Program-made: the position numbers and the translations under genes
Shown here: piece by piece, positions 38,113-51,012 of the stretch
How the letters are laid out: each line of letters starts with the position of its first letter
How positions within the stretch are numbered: the first letter of the stretch is position 1
Source: Eledone cirrhosa
Lineage: Eukaryota
DNA length: 64,000 bases
Direction: 5' to 3'
Assembly (NCBI GenBank): GCA_964016885.1
Contig: CAXHJY010000593.1
Coordinates: forward strand, 1-64,000
The notes under the pieces: generated by a model
Database searches by the model: none
What the model saw: only the letters and a program-made list of their open reading frames with translations
What the model was told of the DNA's origin: nothing

Positions 38113-40029
38113 CACAGAAATAATTACATGTAGAACTATGATATTCATGCTGCTGGGTTTTTTTTATCATGAAAGGTTAATAAAAAAAATCTCTTGTATT
38201 TTGATGTGTATTTGGTCAAGATATACTTTCTTTCAGTATAATAGCTGATTGTAGTGAGTTGGTCAGTATGGAAGAGGAGATACCCAGCTAGATTGAGGGA
38301 GATCTAGATGTATAGTAAGATAAGAGATAAAAATAGTGATAGATTGACTTAGGGACTAGAGATAAAGCTAGACTTCTAGGTTGAGAGATGTAGGGAGAGG
38401 TGTGTGTCTATTTGAGTGGGTGCTTTAAAACAGTGTACTTGAAACATTCACACATTAATACCAGTGTACTTGAAACATTCACACATTAATTGACTAAACA
38501 CTCTATACATGTGAGCAGTGCATGAGATTTATTTCCTGAAGATAAATGTGACAAAAAAGTACAACACATACACAGCTAGCTAATTTCTGAAATGGAACAC
38601 AGACATGCTTGACAGAGATAAATAATTGTTTCTACTTTAGGCACAAGGCCAGCAATTTACCAGTGCATTACTGGTACTTTATTTTATCAACAGAGATAAA
38701 TAATGATAGAATGGGCTTCCTTATAGTTTCCATCTACCAAATTCATTCACAAGCCATTCACATGTTTAGTGGTATAATAGAAAAACCTGGCCAAAGGAGC
38801 CACGGTGTCATACTGAACTTGAAACTATGTGGTTCTGAAGTAAACTTCTTAACCACACAGCGACACCTGCCTATACATAATCATCATCATCTTATGTCTG
38901 CTTTCCATGCTCATATGGATTATACAGCTTGTAATGAGTCAGAGGAAGATGTTTTGCTCATACATTCCAGTTTGGGGTATGGTTTCTAGGGCTGGATGCC
39001 TTTCCCATCACCAAATATTTTATATGGTGTATATTACCATAGCTTCAGTACTCGCGAGGTTGTCATATTCTCAACAAAACTAAAAGAAAAAAACAAAACA
39101 AAACCACCTCTCTACTTTGTTTTCTCCATTCTCTCTCTGGAAACATGGAAGGGCATAACATGTACAGATTCAGAATAGATTTGATACTTTCAATGGGTTT
39201 CAAGAGCAAAATAATGAAACAAACAAACCTACCGGCAGTAAATTACTGCTTTATATGGTTAAGCATGAAAATATTACCCTTACAGAAAGCCTAATGAGGT
39301 ACCTTTATATATGAACATCAATTTCAACCACCCTTCATTAGTCATTAAGAACCTAGTCAGCAACATAAGTTGGAGAATTTCCAAAGTATCATCTGATAAA
39401 AGAATTAGTTGACAAAGCAACACCTTTCTATGATGAAGCCCTGAAAGTAAGTAGATTTAAAGAATGTAAATACATACCTTAACCCATACAAACAAATAAC
39501 AAAAAAAAAATGTAAAAATGAGCATAATATGTCAAGATGTGAATATCTGGTTGTGTGTGGGTGCACAAGAATTTTGAATTGAATAGAAAACAACTGTAGA
39601 TTTCTCTAAGAAAAAATTATATCAGGAAACTAATATCCCCCAAAAGGTCTTACAATGATTGATAACTGCATGCATGACTGCTGTTAAATAGCTGATAGAA
39701 TACAAAAGAATGGAAATCAAAGATTATTATTGCTGACATGTGTAAAAGTAACTAAATCAGGATGGGGGGGGGGGGGGGGGGGGCAATTTGACTAATTCCA
39801 AAATGAATCCTCATTCTTCGTTCATCCTTTTTTCTTATACAAATGAAGTAAAAAGCAGCAAATTGACCAGGTTGTTACAGCATCAGAATAAAACACTTCA
39901 TGGCATTTGTTCTAGCCCTCTGCACTCTGAGTTCAAATCTTACCAAGTTTAACTTCACCTTTCATGCTTGATAAACTACCTACCTAGGATAGTATAAGTC
40001 TAAAGTCTGTCTCAAACTAGGAGCCTCGT

Positions 40030-40235
40030 CAGGCCAGTGCTTATCCTGGTTTTGTGGTTTGAAGTGACTGAGAGTACAATACTCCCCACTGGACAGGACA
40101 CCAGTACATTGCAGGGTTAAGCCTCCACCTATTGCTGGTACTCATTTTCAGCTGAGTATACTGGAGCAATGTTAAATGAAGTATTTTGCTCAAGAACACA
40201 ACACACCCCAGTCCAGGAATTGAACCCATACCACT
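40030..40235 (-). mobile_element. CORE-type SINE (second copy ~43555-43826, -)
   Basis: Minus strand GGTTCAATTCC box B, GTTCTTGAGCAAAATACTT, shared body with the 43.6-kb copy. Confidence 0.75.
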
Positions 40236-40299
40236 AAGTAGTAGATTTGTCAAATTGCTAGAGCTTTGAACAAAAGATACTTTGTAGTATCTTTTAGCA

Positions 40300-41430
40300 A
40301 TTTGCATTCCAAGTTCACTTGAGGCTGTATTGGTATTTGCTTTTCCATTGAACAACATCAATGACATGGAGAGGGGAGTCTTGCACACATAGGTAATTGC
40401 TGGTCTTCCTCAAAAACACATTACACCTTGCAGATGAAGAATTTTCCAGGTGCAAATTTTAATACAAAAGAACTCTAAGAAATATAAAATATTTACACCA
40501 ACTTCTATTCAACAATTTGAAGTTGACCTGAAATAGTATTTTTTATTCTTTGAAAGTCATTGTCTAGCTACTACAGGCTCTATTTAAGCTAGTCCAACAG
40601 CCACCACATCTTGAAAATATTTATTTTTAAAAATCTTTAAATAAAGAGATAAAATAAAATTATTTTCTTGTTTTTCTTGGTTTTGTTCTTGTTCTGTTCC
40701 ACTAGTTCTGGATGATTTCAGTATTCATCCTGCCAGTTGTTTATACATTATTGACATCTTAGTAATATGTGCATGAATGAATGCACTATTTATTACTCAT
40801 ATTGACCCACATGTCATGCACTGATTGTAACTCTAGTTTGACAATCTCTTCTAGCCCTCTGTATACTGATTTTCATGTGTATGACAGTCAATAGCAGAGT
40901 ACTTGAAATTTTCCATCATTAAATTGTTTTTAGATATTTGTGTGGATTCGTGACAACATAGGTTACTTGTTTGCCTTTGATACTTTTATATCATCAGCAT
41001 AGCTAGTACGTGGTCACTCATATAAGTGAGGGCATATCTATGAGAGGTTCTATGAAGTGCAATGCCCCCCCATCCCAGGCATTTCCCTAAAAATCTCCAT
41101 TCAGAATTAATGTTTCCTTTAAAGGAGCACTACTGATTGCAACGCTGGACATCTATTTCTTGAAAGGTCCTGCAGTCACTTTTCTAGTTTTCCAACTAAG
41201 TCAGCATCAACTTTGTTAATAGCTTTTCTGCATTCAAGAATGGTTGAACATCTATTTCAATACATAGTTGTATTGCTATAAACACTTTGTGAAGCCATTT
41301 TTCCTGGACAGAAGCTGTGCTGAGTCTCGGGTAGAAAGTCATTTTCTTCAAAGAACATAATTAGTTGCCCTCTGGAAATTAGTTTCATAACTTTGCTGAT
41401 ATATGAAGTCAGAAAGATGAACCAAACATT
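40300..41430 (-). pseudogene. Highly decayed CR1-type reverse transcriptase relic
   Basis: Minus-strand remnants LTSYISKVM, ETQHSF and YADDIK (~41000), with many stops and frameshifts. Confidence 0.6.
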
Positions 41431-42495
41431 TTAAACCATCTATATAGATGGAGCATACTATGTCTTCTTTTAACTAGTGTGTGTGTGTGTATATAGGCTG
41501 TTGATTTGGCAGGGTAGTTACAGCATTGGTTATTTGTTTTGAGTATCTCTATTCTCAGTTTAAGCACTGCCAAAGTTCAGGTTGCCTTTCATCTTTTTTG
41601 GGGGCAATAAAGAAAGTACTAGTTGAATGCAAGTGCAGCCCATACAGTTGCGAGCAGAAACAGGTATCCTCTCAACCCTTTCTCTTTTGATCCAGGATGT
41701 GACATCTAGCTGTATGGGCAACTGTATGGCAACTGTATGGGCACCTAAAACCCTTAGCAAAAACATGGTTACACACTACCTAATCAGACTTAATTTTAAG
41801 AGGTGTAGTTTATGAGATTGTTGTTAATGGTGACTGTTTACTTCGAAGTTTTAACAATGTTATTGGGTTATCAAAGCAGTAAAAATGAGATGAAACTTTC
41901 ACTATATATAGCCTGAACCAAGAGTAAGTGATGTAAACAGGAAATAGTGTGGGTAGAATGAGAATGTTAGGTTTGGAGTAGGCTATACAATAGGTATTGC
42001 AAGAATAAAACAGATAATAGGAAATGGGAGGGGAAGTATCTACCACCTGTTAGCTTAGTAAAAAAAATGTTTCTTTTGTTTAGACTTGATGGTGCATATT
42101 ACAAATATTTACTTGTTTTTAATTAAAATTTTATTTTGTTTTTAAGTAAAATTTTTCATGTCTTTGAATAAAAAGAATATTGACAGTTAAAGTTGAACTT
42201 GTCAAAATAAAAAAACAGCTGTCATATACACATAAGAAACCTTGCTAGTTATGCAAATTAGAAAAGTATGAGATACTATTTGCAAATGACTTATTAAATA
42301 TAAATTTGAAACTCGTCTCTTTATGCAGGCATAATATGTACTCTTCCTCACAAGTTTTCAAGCCGACAGTTAAAATCTGTTCTTTCCCAAATCATCCCTG
42401 TGTCTATATAGCCTTTATACAGCAAAATGCCTTCACAAATGATCTGGTATATATGGCTACTGTGAATATAGATTTGTGTTCTTGATTGTATATAG

Positions 42496-42943
42496 CAGGG
42501 GTGGGTAAACTGCGGCCCGTGGGCCAAATGCAGCTTGCCAAAGAGTTTTGCGCAGCCCGTGGAAGCATTCGGCAAATTAATAAAAAAAAAAAAATAACCA
42601 AATTTTTGTATATAATACTTAAGCCGAGACTAGATCTAGTTAGGTTTTTTGTTCTGGTATGTTTTGTGATGTACAGACACAAATAAAAAGAAAACTTTGT
42701 TTTAAGATTTTTGTATTTAATCATTTTATTAATTTATGTATTATAATGATGCAGTTTATATTTTATATTACCCATGCTAGCATGGAAGATAGACGTTAAA
42801 CGATGATGTTGATGATTTTCTAAATTCTAACTGAAGAAAAGTAAGGTTACTGGCACACTATATCCAATAATAAATGGTGCAGTCCTCTTGTGTTCATGAC
42901 CCAGTCAATGTGGTCCCCGATCCAAAAAGTTTGCCCACCCCTG
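42496..42943. mobile_element. hAT (Charlie-like) MITE
   Basis: TIRs CAGGGGTGGGTAAACT / AGTTTGCCCACCCCTG; 8-bp TSD GTATATAG / GTATACAG; contains a small RTE tail at ~42770-42815. Confidence 0.88.
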
Positions 42944-45387
42944 GTATACAGAGTTTACAGCCAACACTTTTCAGAAACATTATTACCAACATATTCATTT
43001 AAATACAATAATAGAAAGTTTAGCAACTTACTACTGATATATGCCTGACAACTTAAAAATATGAATACACAATTTATCATCACATGTTACTTTACATAAA
43101 ATAATGTTTCCCTAATACTATTATAGTTCCATAGATACTAAAAGTTAGTTATATACTAATATTTTGAACATGGTAGAATTATTAAAGCATTGGACAAAAT
43201 GCTAAACTGTATTTAGATATAGCCCTTTACATTCTGAGTTCCAATCCTGAAGAGGTTAAGTCTGCCGTTCATTATTTCAGGGCCAATAAAATAAAGTAGC
43301 TGCCAAGTACTGAGATAAGTAAAATTGACTAACCTCTTTTCACAAATTTTTGGCATTGTGCCTATATTAGAAACAATTTATATACTATAAACAGTTAATT
43401 TTAAACTTAATTAAGCTTCAGTAAAATAATGTTTTTTTTAAATTCTAAACAAGACCAATACCATCTTCTGGTCCCTATCTCATTACCTTGGATAAAATTG
43501 ACCTCAGAGAGATAGCAAAATGTACAGTATAGTATTTAAAGTCTGTCTTAAGCCAGAAGGCTCGTTAGGCTGGTGCTTATCCTGGTTTCATGACATGAAG
43601 TGACTGAGAGTTCAAGACTCCTTGCTGGACAGGATGCCAGCCCATCACATGGTTAAACCCTCAGCTATTGCTGGTACTCATTTACAGCTGAGTATACTGG
43701 AGCAATAGAGCTACGTGAAATGAAGTGTTTTGCTCAAGAACACAACACGCAACCCAGCCCAAGAATCAAATCCACGACATTATGATCATAGTCCAACACC
43801 CTTACCACTAGGCCATGCGTCTCCACTAAGTAAGAGTGCATTAGAAGTAAATCTTAAGATGAACATTGCATTTGTAATTAGAGAAATAATACTCTGAATG
43901 AGGCTCTGGTATAGTTCATAAACTCACAGTATGTCCACAGTACAAACCAATAACCCTGAAAATTAGTTAGGTATCTTATCTATATAGCTGTTTTGTCTTA
44001 TAATATCTGATCATAATAAATATGGTTTTGTTGTGCAGCACAAGACTGTGATTTTGTTGATGGAGAAGTATTATAATTGATTAATACAAGAACACTGTTA
44101 TATGTACATTTTGTTGTATTTGAACACATTGACATTGAATTCATTTTAATTATCAACATCTCAACATATTTTTCTTTTTTTCTTTTTTTCTTTTTTTCTT
44201 TTTTTCTTTTTTTCTTTTTTTCTTTTTTTCTTTTTTTCTTTTTTTCTTTTTCTCTCTTTTTATCTTGCATCTTACATTTTCCTTTTCTCATATTTGAATT
44301 GTATATTCTTCTTCATTCACACCTCATAAACATTCTGCTTATACAGTATTCATCCCTCATTATTATCAACACAATTGTTTACATCTCTGATTTTGTATGT
44401 AAATGTGTGTACTTTGTTTAAATGAAGTTCATTCAATTGAACAAAAGCTGGTCTGAATGTGTCTGTTGAAATTGAGACAACAATAGCTTCAATCAAATGC
44501 TGAGCTTTTGGAAAGTTTCAAATATTTCTATTGTATCACTAACAGTTTGAATTTGGAGAATCTGGATCAGTTAATAATACTCTTGAAATGTTTGTAATTG
44601 CAAACAAATGCTTCTATGGTTACAGGAATGGATTAAAAAATGTATAATCATGGTAAAAACCAGTGAAGTCTGGATCAGTTATTCAAAATTATTCTTTTTC
44701 ATAAACCTCTTGTTATATTCCCATCAACCAATTAATAAACTTCCTCCTCCTTTTTTTTTTCTTTTTCTTTTTTTCTTCTCCTTTGCCCACTTATTCCTGA
44801 GTGGGTCATTGGGGGCAGAATTCTCAAACATTCCTTCCAGTGCGTCCTGTCTGAAGCATCCATTTCCAAATGATACAGCTGTATCCCCAAGTGAGACCAG
44901 CTGATTAACAAACCTCTATATTTCTTTTTGTCATCAGTCCCAGAGAACAATGTCTATCCTGTTGAGGTTGCAACAAAAGCATTATCTTCCAAAACAGCTA
45001 TAACAGACCAGATATTGATTAGACTAATATTGCTTGTTATCAGAAATATAGATACATTTAAGGTGTGTGTGTTTGTGTCTTTAATAAGTGTCATACTGTA
45101 CTGAATGACATTTATATATCAGCAGAGCTGGTCTGGTTGGTTGACTTAGATCATTGTCTGACTATCATCTCTATTAAAAAATTTCCCCCTCCCCCCTTCT
45201 CCATTTGCACTTTTTTCTGTGCAACTCAATTTTTCACTTTCTCTCTTTTACCTCTACTTTTTATTACATCGCCATTGGCAGTCTAACAAGCAAACTGGTT
45301 AAATATTAATAACATCCAACTTGTTTTTGCCAATTTTTTTTACCTTATCAATTTGATGTTGAATACTACTGCTACTACTGCTGCTGC

Positions 45388-45419
<32 letters not shown>

Positions 45420-46537
45420 TAGAAAAAAATGAAATATTTCTTAGATGTTGAAAACAGTTCTTATCTAGTGCAAAAAGAAATGCTTAGAAAATCATCTTCA
45501 AACACCTACCAATAGTCTTCAACACATTATTTTGTATCTTACCTTGTATCAAATTACATATTGAAGCAAATATGTTTGAACCATTTTTCCTATGATCAAG
45601 TTCCAGTTATGTATTGTATATGTGTATGCATGTCAACACATGTACATTTGAGATATAGTTATTGTAAACCTATTTAAAAAAGAAAGAAGACAAAATATTG
45701 TGTATAAGCAGACATAATTTCATATTCTATGACTTCCTTATTTGGTTGGAAGAAAGAAGACAATCTGAAAGAGAAATTTACCCATCATATATGTATCTAT
45801 GTAGGTATGTGTGTATATATATATCTATATATACTTTTTATTGACTAACAATGGTTGTTCATATTTATTACATTGAGAATGTGCCTTAAAGCATTTCTGT
45901 GTGTCTTCAGTGCTAACATACTTCTGTGAATTGCATTCAACAACACCTGTCTGTTTTCTCATCGTTTTTATGCAGGCTCTTTTACAATTTTGAACTTGAT
46001 ATATCCATGATCCATTTATTAATTGCATGCAATTTCTTTTGCGTAAGTCTGTGTATGTTGATCATTGGGAGTGCTAAAAATATCCAAACACACATTGCAT
46101 ATTTGTGTTCACACACATTATAATGTCTTTGTGTGATATTAAATTTGTATAAATTTAGTTCTTTACACAGTAGAATTAATCTTTGAAATGAATAAGTGAA
46201 AGAATATATAACATTTTAAAATAGGTTCATTCTTGAGATTGTTAATTTTCAACAAAACAGCCACCACTTGTATTCTGGTAAGGTTAACAAACTTTCCTCA
46301 AGTATACTAAATTATTTAACTATATATTCATTAAATTAATTTCTTTTATTATTTAACTGAGTTCAAATCCCACCGAGGTTGACTTTGCCTTTCATCCTTA
46401 CGGGGGTCGATAAAATTGCTGGCCTTGTGCCTAAAGTAGAAACAATTATTTAACTGGATTATGCTAGAGCACTACCTTCACAGGTTTAGACAATCAAATC
46501 AAACCAAGACCCACTGATTTATTGCATTAGAGAGATA

Positions 46538-46998
46538 TCATCATCATCATCATCACCGTTTTACGTCCGTTCTTCCACGCTAGCATGGGTTAGACGGGTT
46601 GTCCTGTTGTGGGCAGTGTCTGGTCGGCTGACCATGCCTTGCTCATACAGGAACTGATCTGGCTTGATTTCTACAGCTGGATGCCCTTCCTAACACCAAC
46701 CTCATTTACAGTGAGTGCTGGGTGCTTTTTCGTGGCGCCTACACGTCCACTTTACAGTGTGGGCTGGGTGCTTTTTTGCCGTGGCACCTCCACGACCACG
46801 TTGCGGTGGGGGGGGGGGGCATATTGTTTATATGCTTCAGCATGTACCCATGGGAGGTCGGGTACCCTGTATTACTGCGTGACGCCAGAAGTCACGGTCG
46901 TGTGTCATTGACTTTGAGAGGTGTAGTTGGGTAAGGTCGGCTTTTATCACCTCATCCCAAGTCATCTTGGGTCTCCCCACTCCGCGGTTTCCATCAAC
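46538..46998 (-). mobile_element. RTE family C 3' fragment
   Basis: Nearly identical to 25115-25575. Confidence 0.92.
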
Positions 46999-47229
46999 CA
47001 TATCTTTAAATAGATTTAAAGATATATATCTCTCTTTTCTGCCCAAAGAGAGATATATGTGATTTTTTAAAGGAAAACAACTAGATCCAAAGCCAGTCAT
47101 GTCAATCCTCTTTTATTTCTGTCTTTAAAAGAGATAAAACAGACAGTTGTTACATTTGCCCTGTGCCTCACGGTGGCAGCTAAAAAAACATTAGGTTTAC
47201 ATTAATACACATCTATGATATAAGTCTCT

Positions 47230-47790
47230 ATGTACTTGCTTTTTGTCATATACACCATCTAGTACCACTTTGAACATATGTCTGGCTCAGGTATTTTTCA
47301 GCTTCCATACTTTCCTTGTCTAGATTGTCTTGTGTCTCTGTGCCTGTCCAGCACCTATTCTGAGATCACTGATCATTAGTGATAGTCTTCCCTGGGGAAA
47401 GACTTAATATTCACAATCAGTCGCCTACCCTATTTCCTGTTGAGTGTGAAGTCTATTTGGCATGCATGTTAGCTTTATCAGATAGTTGCTTGGTTGGTTT
47501 GCTAAAGATTTTGTTGCACATGGGTCATTTGTGTTGTAGAACTGTTGGAGCTTTGATCCTATCTCATTCCTCATACAATATTCATAACTTCTATGTATGT
47601 CGGAGTTGATGTCATGGTGTTACCCAACATGTTCATTAAAGTCATCAGCCACAATAACTTGGTTGCCATTTCAAGGTAATCTGCAAGGTGGTCTCGTAAA
47701 AATGATCTCTCAATCCTCATTGTGGTGTATATGCAGAAGTAACTGTTGCTGCCTTGTTGTCCACTCTTTAGTCTAAGCTTAATTATTATC
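47230..47790 (-). pseudogene. Decayed RTE APE-domain relic
   Basis: IIKLRL and DFNEHVG remnants across frames. Confidence 0.5.
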
Positions 47791-50039
47791 AAATACTCAC
47801 TACTTCAATTACATTATCCATTTCTCTACCATTAATATGTGTACACTCATCCAAATGCTATTTACCCATCCAGAAGGAATCTATATTAAACTGCTCTCCA
47901 TCTTACTTGTTGTACACTGCACACATCTACTCGCCTTTGCTCCAGCATCTCTACACTCTCTCTTACATTTCATTGAATCAATATCGATGGTGGCAGCCCT
48001 AAAGTTATATTGGATTTTCACAAACTTAGCAAATTTCTTGATATCTCAAGTTCTTCATATTGAATCATATTGAAATGTGGTACCTAGTCCCATTGTGGTG
48101 TAAGGAATTTTAAAATATTACCAAAAATATCGTATGAATAACCATTTTTGAGTTGTTTTGAAATAATTCAGAAAACACAAATTTGAAATCTTGAGAACTG
48201 CCTGGTTGATTTTGAAAATTTCTCTTGATACCGTAGTTCAATAAGGGTCAATTATATACTGAATGAAACATATTTAGTTATACTTTAATCCATGCAAAAC
48301 CTGTCTTGGGTTCTCATGTGCTTCATTATATATGAGGTGTTAACCATTAGATAGTGATTGTAATGAAAAATAAAAATGAGTAAATCCTACTTTAATATAT
48401 CACTAACCTTTTCTTGTTTAATGAAACACTTCATCCTCACAATGTCCAATTATATCAAAATTATAGTAGAGTTTTATATTTAAATTCTCTACTTAACATA
48501 GGGTTTAAAATAAGGTAAACTATTATTGCTTTAAGGTAAGATTATTTTGTGTTCAATGCTGATATTTCAAATAGAGTAATAATGACACCAATATGACATA
48601 TAAGTAAATTTATATACAAGTATGTACAGAAAAACAAAACATAAAGACATATCTCTTCAAGGTGGTGTAGAAAATTATTTCAATCATAAGAATAATTGTG
48701 TATATAGTTTGATGATTGGTCAATACTATCAATATTATTTGAATCATGGCCATCTTGAAAATATTGTTGTGCAGGTGTTGAAAAATCAATGGTGTTTTTA
48801 TGGTAGAAATGATATTTGTAATTGGCATCCAACATACATCTTCACATCTTGGCCATGAAAAAAAAATGCTTGGGTATTGAGGGTGTGTGAATTTAATTGA
48901 TAAATCTTTGTGATCATCATTCCAATCCATTTCTGTGCATTGTAAAGGCATGCTACAAACATCTGGTAATTTTATTTTGGATACATAACTGTCTTCCAAC
49001 TTAAACTGCTCAGTATGGCCTCAGAAAGTCCTTTAGTAGCAATACATGGTGAAAATTTTGTCAACCAAAGTCATGGTAGGTTTTGTCAAAATTTGAAGTC
49101 TGCAACATAAGCTTTATATTTTGATGATGGGTACACACATATACTGAGCTCTTGCAATGATATACCACTTCAGCTGCAGGGAAAAGCGGGCGTAAAATGA
49201 TGATGATGGATGATTATAACCGTTTTTATAAAGTCAATGTCACACTTTGCATGACATCTTTGTTTACAAACATGAAGCTAATGCCATTTATGTTTTGTTG
49301 GCAAAACAGGAACAGTGGTAAGAAACTTTCAGGAGAGCTGGACAGTAGGTCTTTAGAGAAGAAACTTCCCTCAAGTGAGTGTTTCAGCCCTGTTGGCAAA
49401 ACGGGAACATATCTAATGCTGAGAGAATTTGATCACTTGATACATGTTGTAAACTAGCTTTCGCTGTTATTCATTTTGTGATACTACTGATTTCATCGCA
49501 AACAAACTTCCCATGATTTATAGCTAAAAAATTCTACCTAGATTTGATATGAAAATCTTCAAAGTAGTGACATGAATTAAGAAAATGCTTACATAACTTT
49601 CTAAACAAAACACACATCATTTAATAATATACATCAACTGGATTAACTGCATATACTTAACCATTGCTTAGAAGTTTACATATATATTTCTACAACTGTT
49701 AATCCTGGACAAGATATATCATACAAATACGCTTGTTATGGTCACAAAGAATCATGTCAACCAAGTCACGGTAGGTTTTGTTAAAATTTGAAGGCTGCAA
49801 CATAAGCTTTATATTTTGATGATGGGTACACTACACACACATACTGAGCTCTTACAATGATACACCACTTCAGCTGCAGTAATGTAAATGTTGAAAAGCC
49901 TATCTCTACATATGGGTATTTCACCTTAAATTGTGAATATAGCACTGAAAGGTAGCAAAACATTAGGTGCTTTGACACGTGCTCCTTTTTCCAAAGACTT
50001 ACATAATCCTTTTTACGAGGCATTAGCTGTGAGCATTCA

Positions 50040-51012
50040 TCTGTATATATATAAAATTAAGTATGTGTGTGTCTGTGTATTACCTATAGGGACCTACATC
50101 TTATGACCGATTTTCATGAAACTTTACAGGCTCATAGATTAGTCATCGGGGAGTGTTTTCTATATATCAGTGTATCGTTTTTTATTCCGGGATCATTCTG
50201 CAGATAAAAATCTAGGGGGGTCACCTTTTTTTAGGTATCGAAAAATAAGATTTTTGGCTCTAGCTCCCACATTTTGCCACCAATTTCGTTCAAATTTTAA
50301 GGCAAAATAGAATTTATCATTGCACATCCTGTAATGGCTTTATATTTTGGATTTGTTGTTCAGGGACGGCGTGGCAGCCGCTTAAATATTCAAAAATACC
50401 ACTTTTAGACTCAAATTTCCACTTTTTCGGCTCTAGCTCCCACATTAATCAACCTACTTTGTTCAAATTTTACACTAAGCTAGATCTGATTATTTCACGT
50501 CTTAAAGTGGCTTTACATTTTGGATTTTTTGTTCAGGAACGGTGTGGCAGCCGCTTAAATATTCGAAAATACCACCTTTTCGGCTCTAGCTCCCACATTT
50601 TTCAACCAATTTCGTTCAAATTCGAAACTCCCTCCCCCAGATTGCCCTTCGTCAGTCACCCGAAATTCTCAGTGATAGAGGTCATCACCACCCTCCCCCG
50701 CATGACCTGTGTGTGGCCATAGATGAGTCATCGAGAAGCAGTCGCTAAGATCAACACCTTTTCATCAAAGCAGATATTATTTTACCTACCCAGTGAATTG
50801 GCAGTATCAGTAGAGGGTTGGACGCCATGCTTTCTAGTAGAGTACATCCCTTTATGATCTGAGTTCAAATCCCGCCGAGGTTAACTTTGCCTTTCATCCT
50901 TACGGGGTCGATAAAATAAAGTACCAGTAATGTACTGGGTAATTGCTGGCCTTGTGCCTAAAGTAGAAACAATTATTTTACCTACCCAGGCAACGCTGGG
51001 TCCTGCTGCTAG
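50040..51012 (+). mobile_element. Non-autonomous Helitron
   Basis: 5' TC(TGTATATATATAAAA), 3' hairpin CCCAG-GCAACG-CTGGG followed by CTAG, inserted between A and T with no TSD; internal repeats GGCTCTAGCTCCCACATT x3. Confidence 0.9.
50794..50971 (+). mobile_element. tRNA-derived SINE inserted in the Helitron
   Basis: 18-bp TSD ATTATTTTACCTACCCAG at 50776-50793 and 50972-50989; box B GAGTTCAAATCC. Confidence 0.9.

Noticed and set aside
38431-38490. 29-bp direct repeat pair
   Set aside because: Simple tandem duplication; two units and no spacers, so not CRISPR-like.
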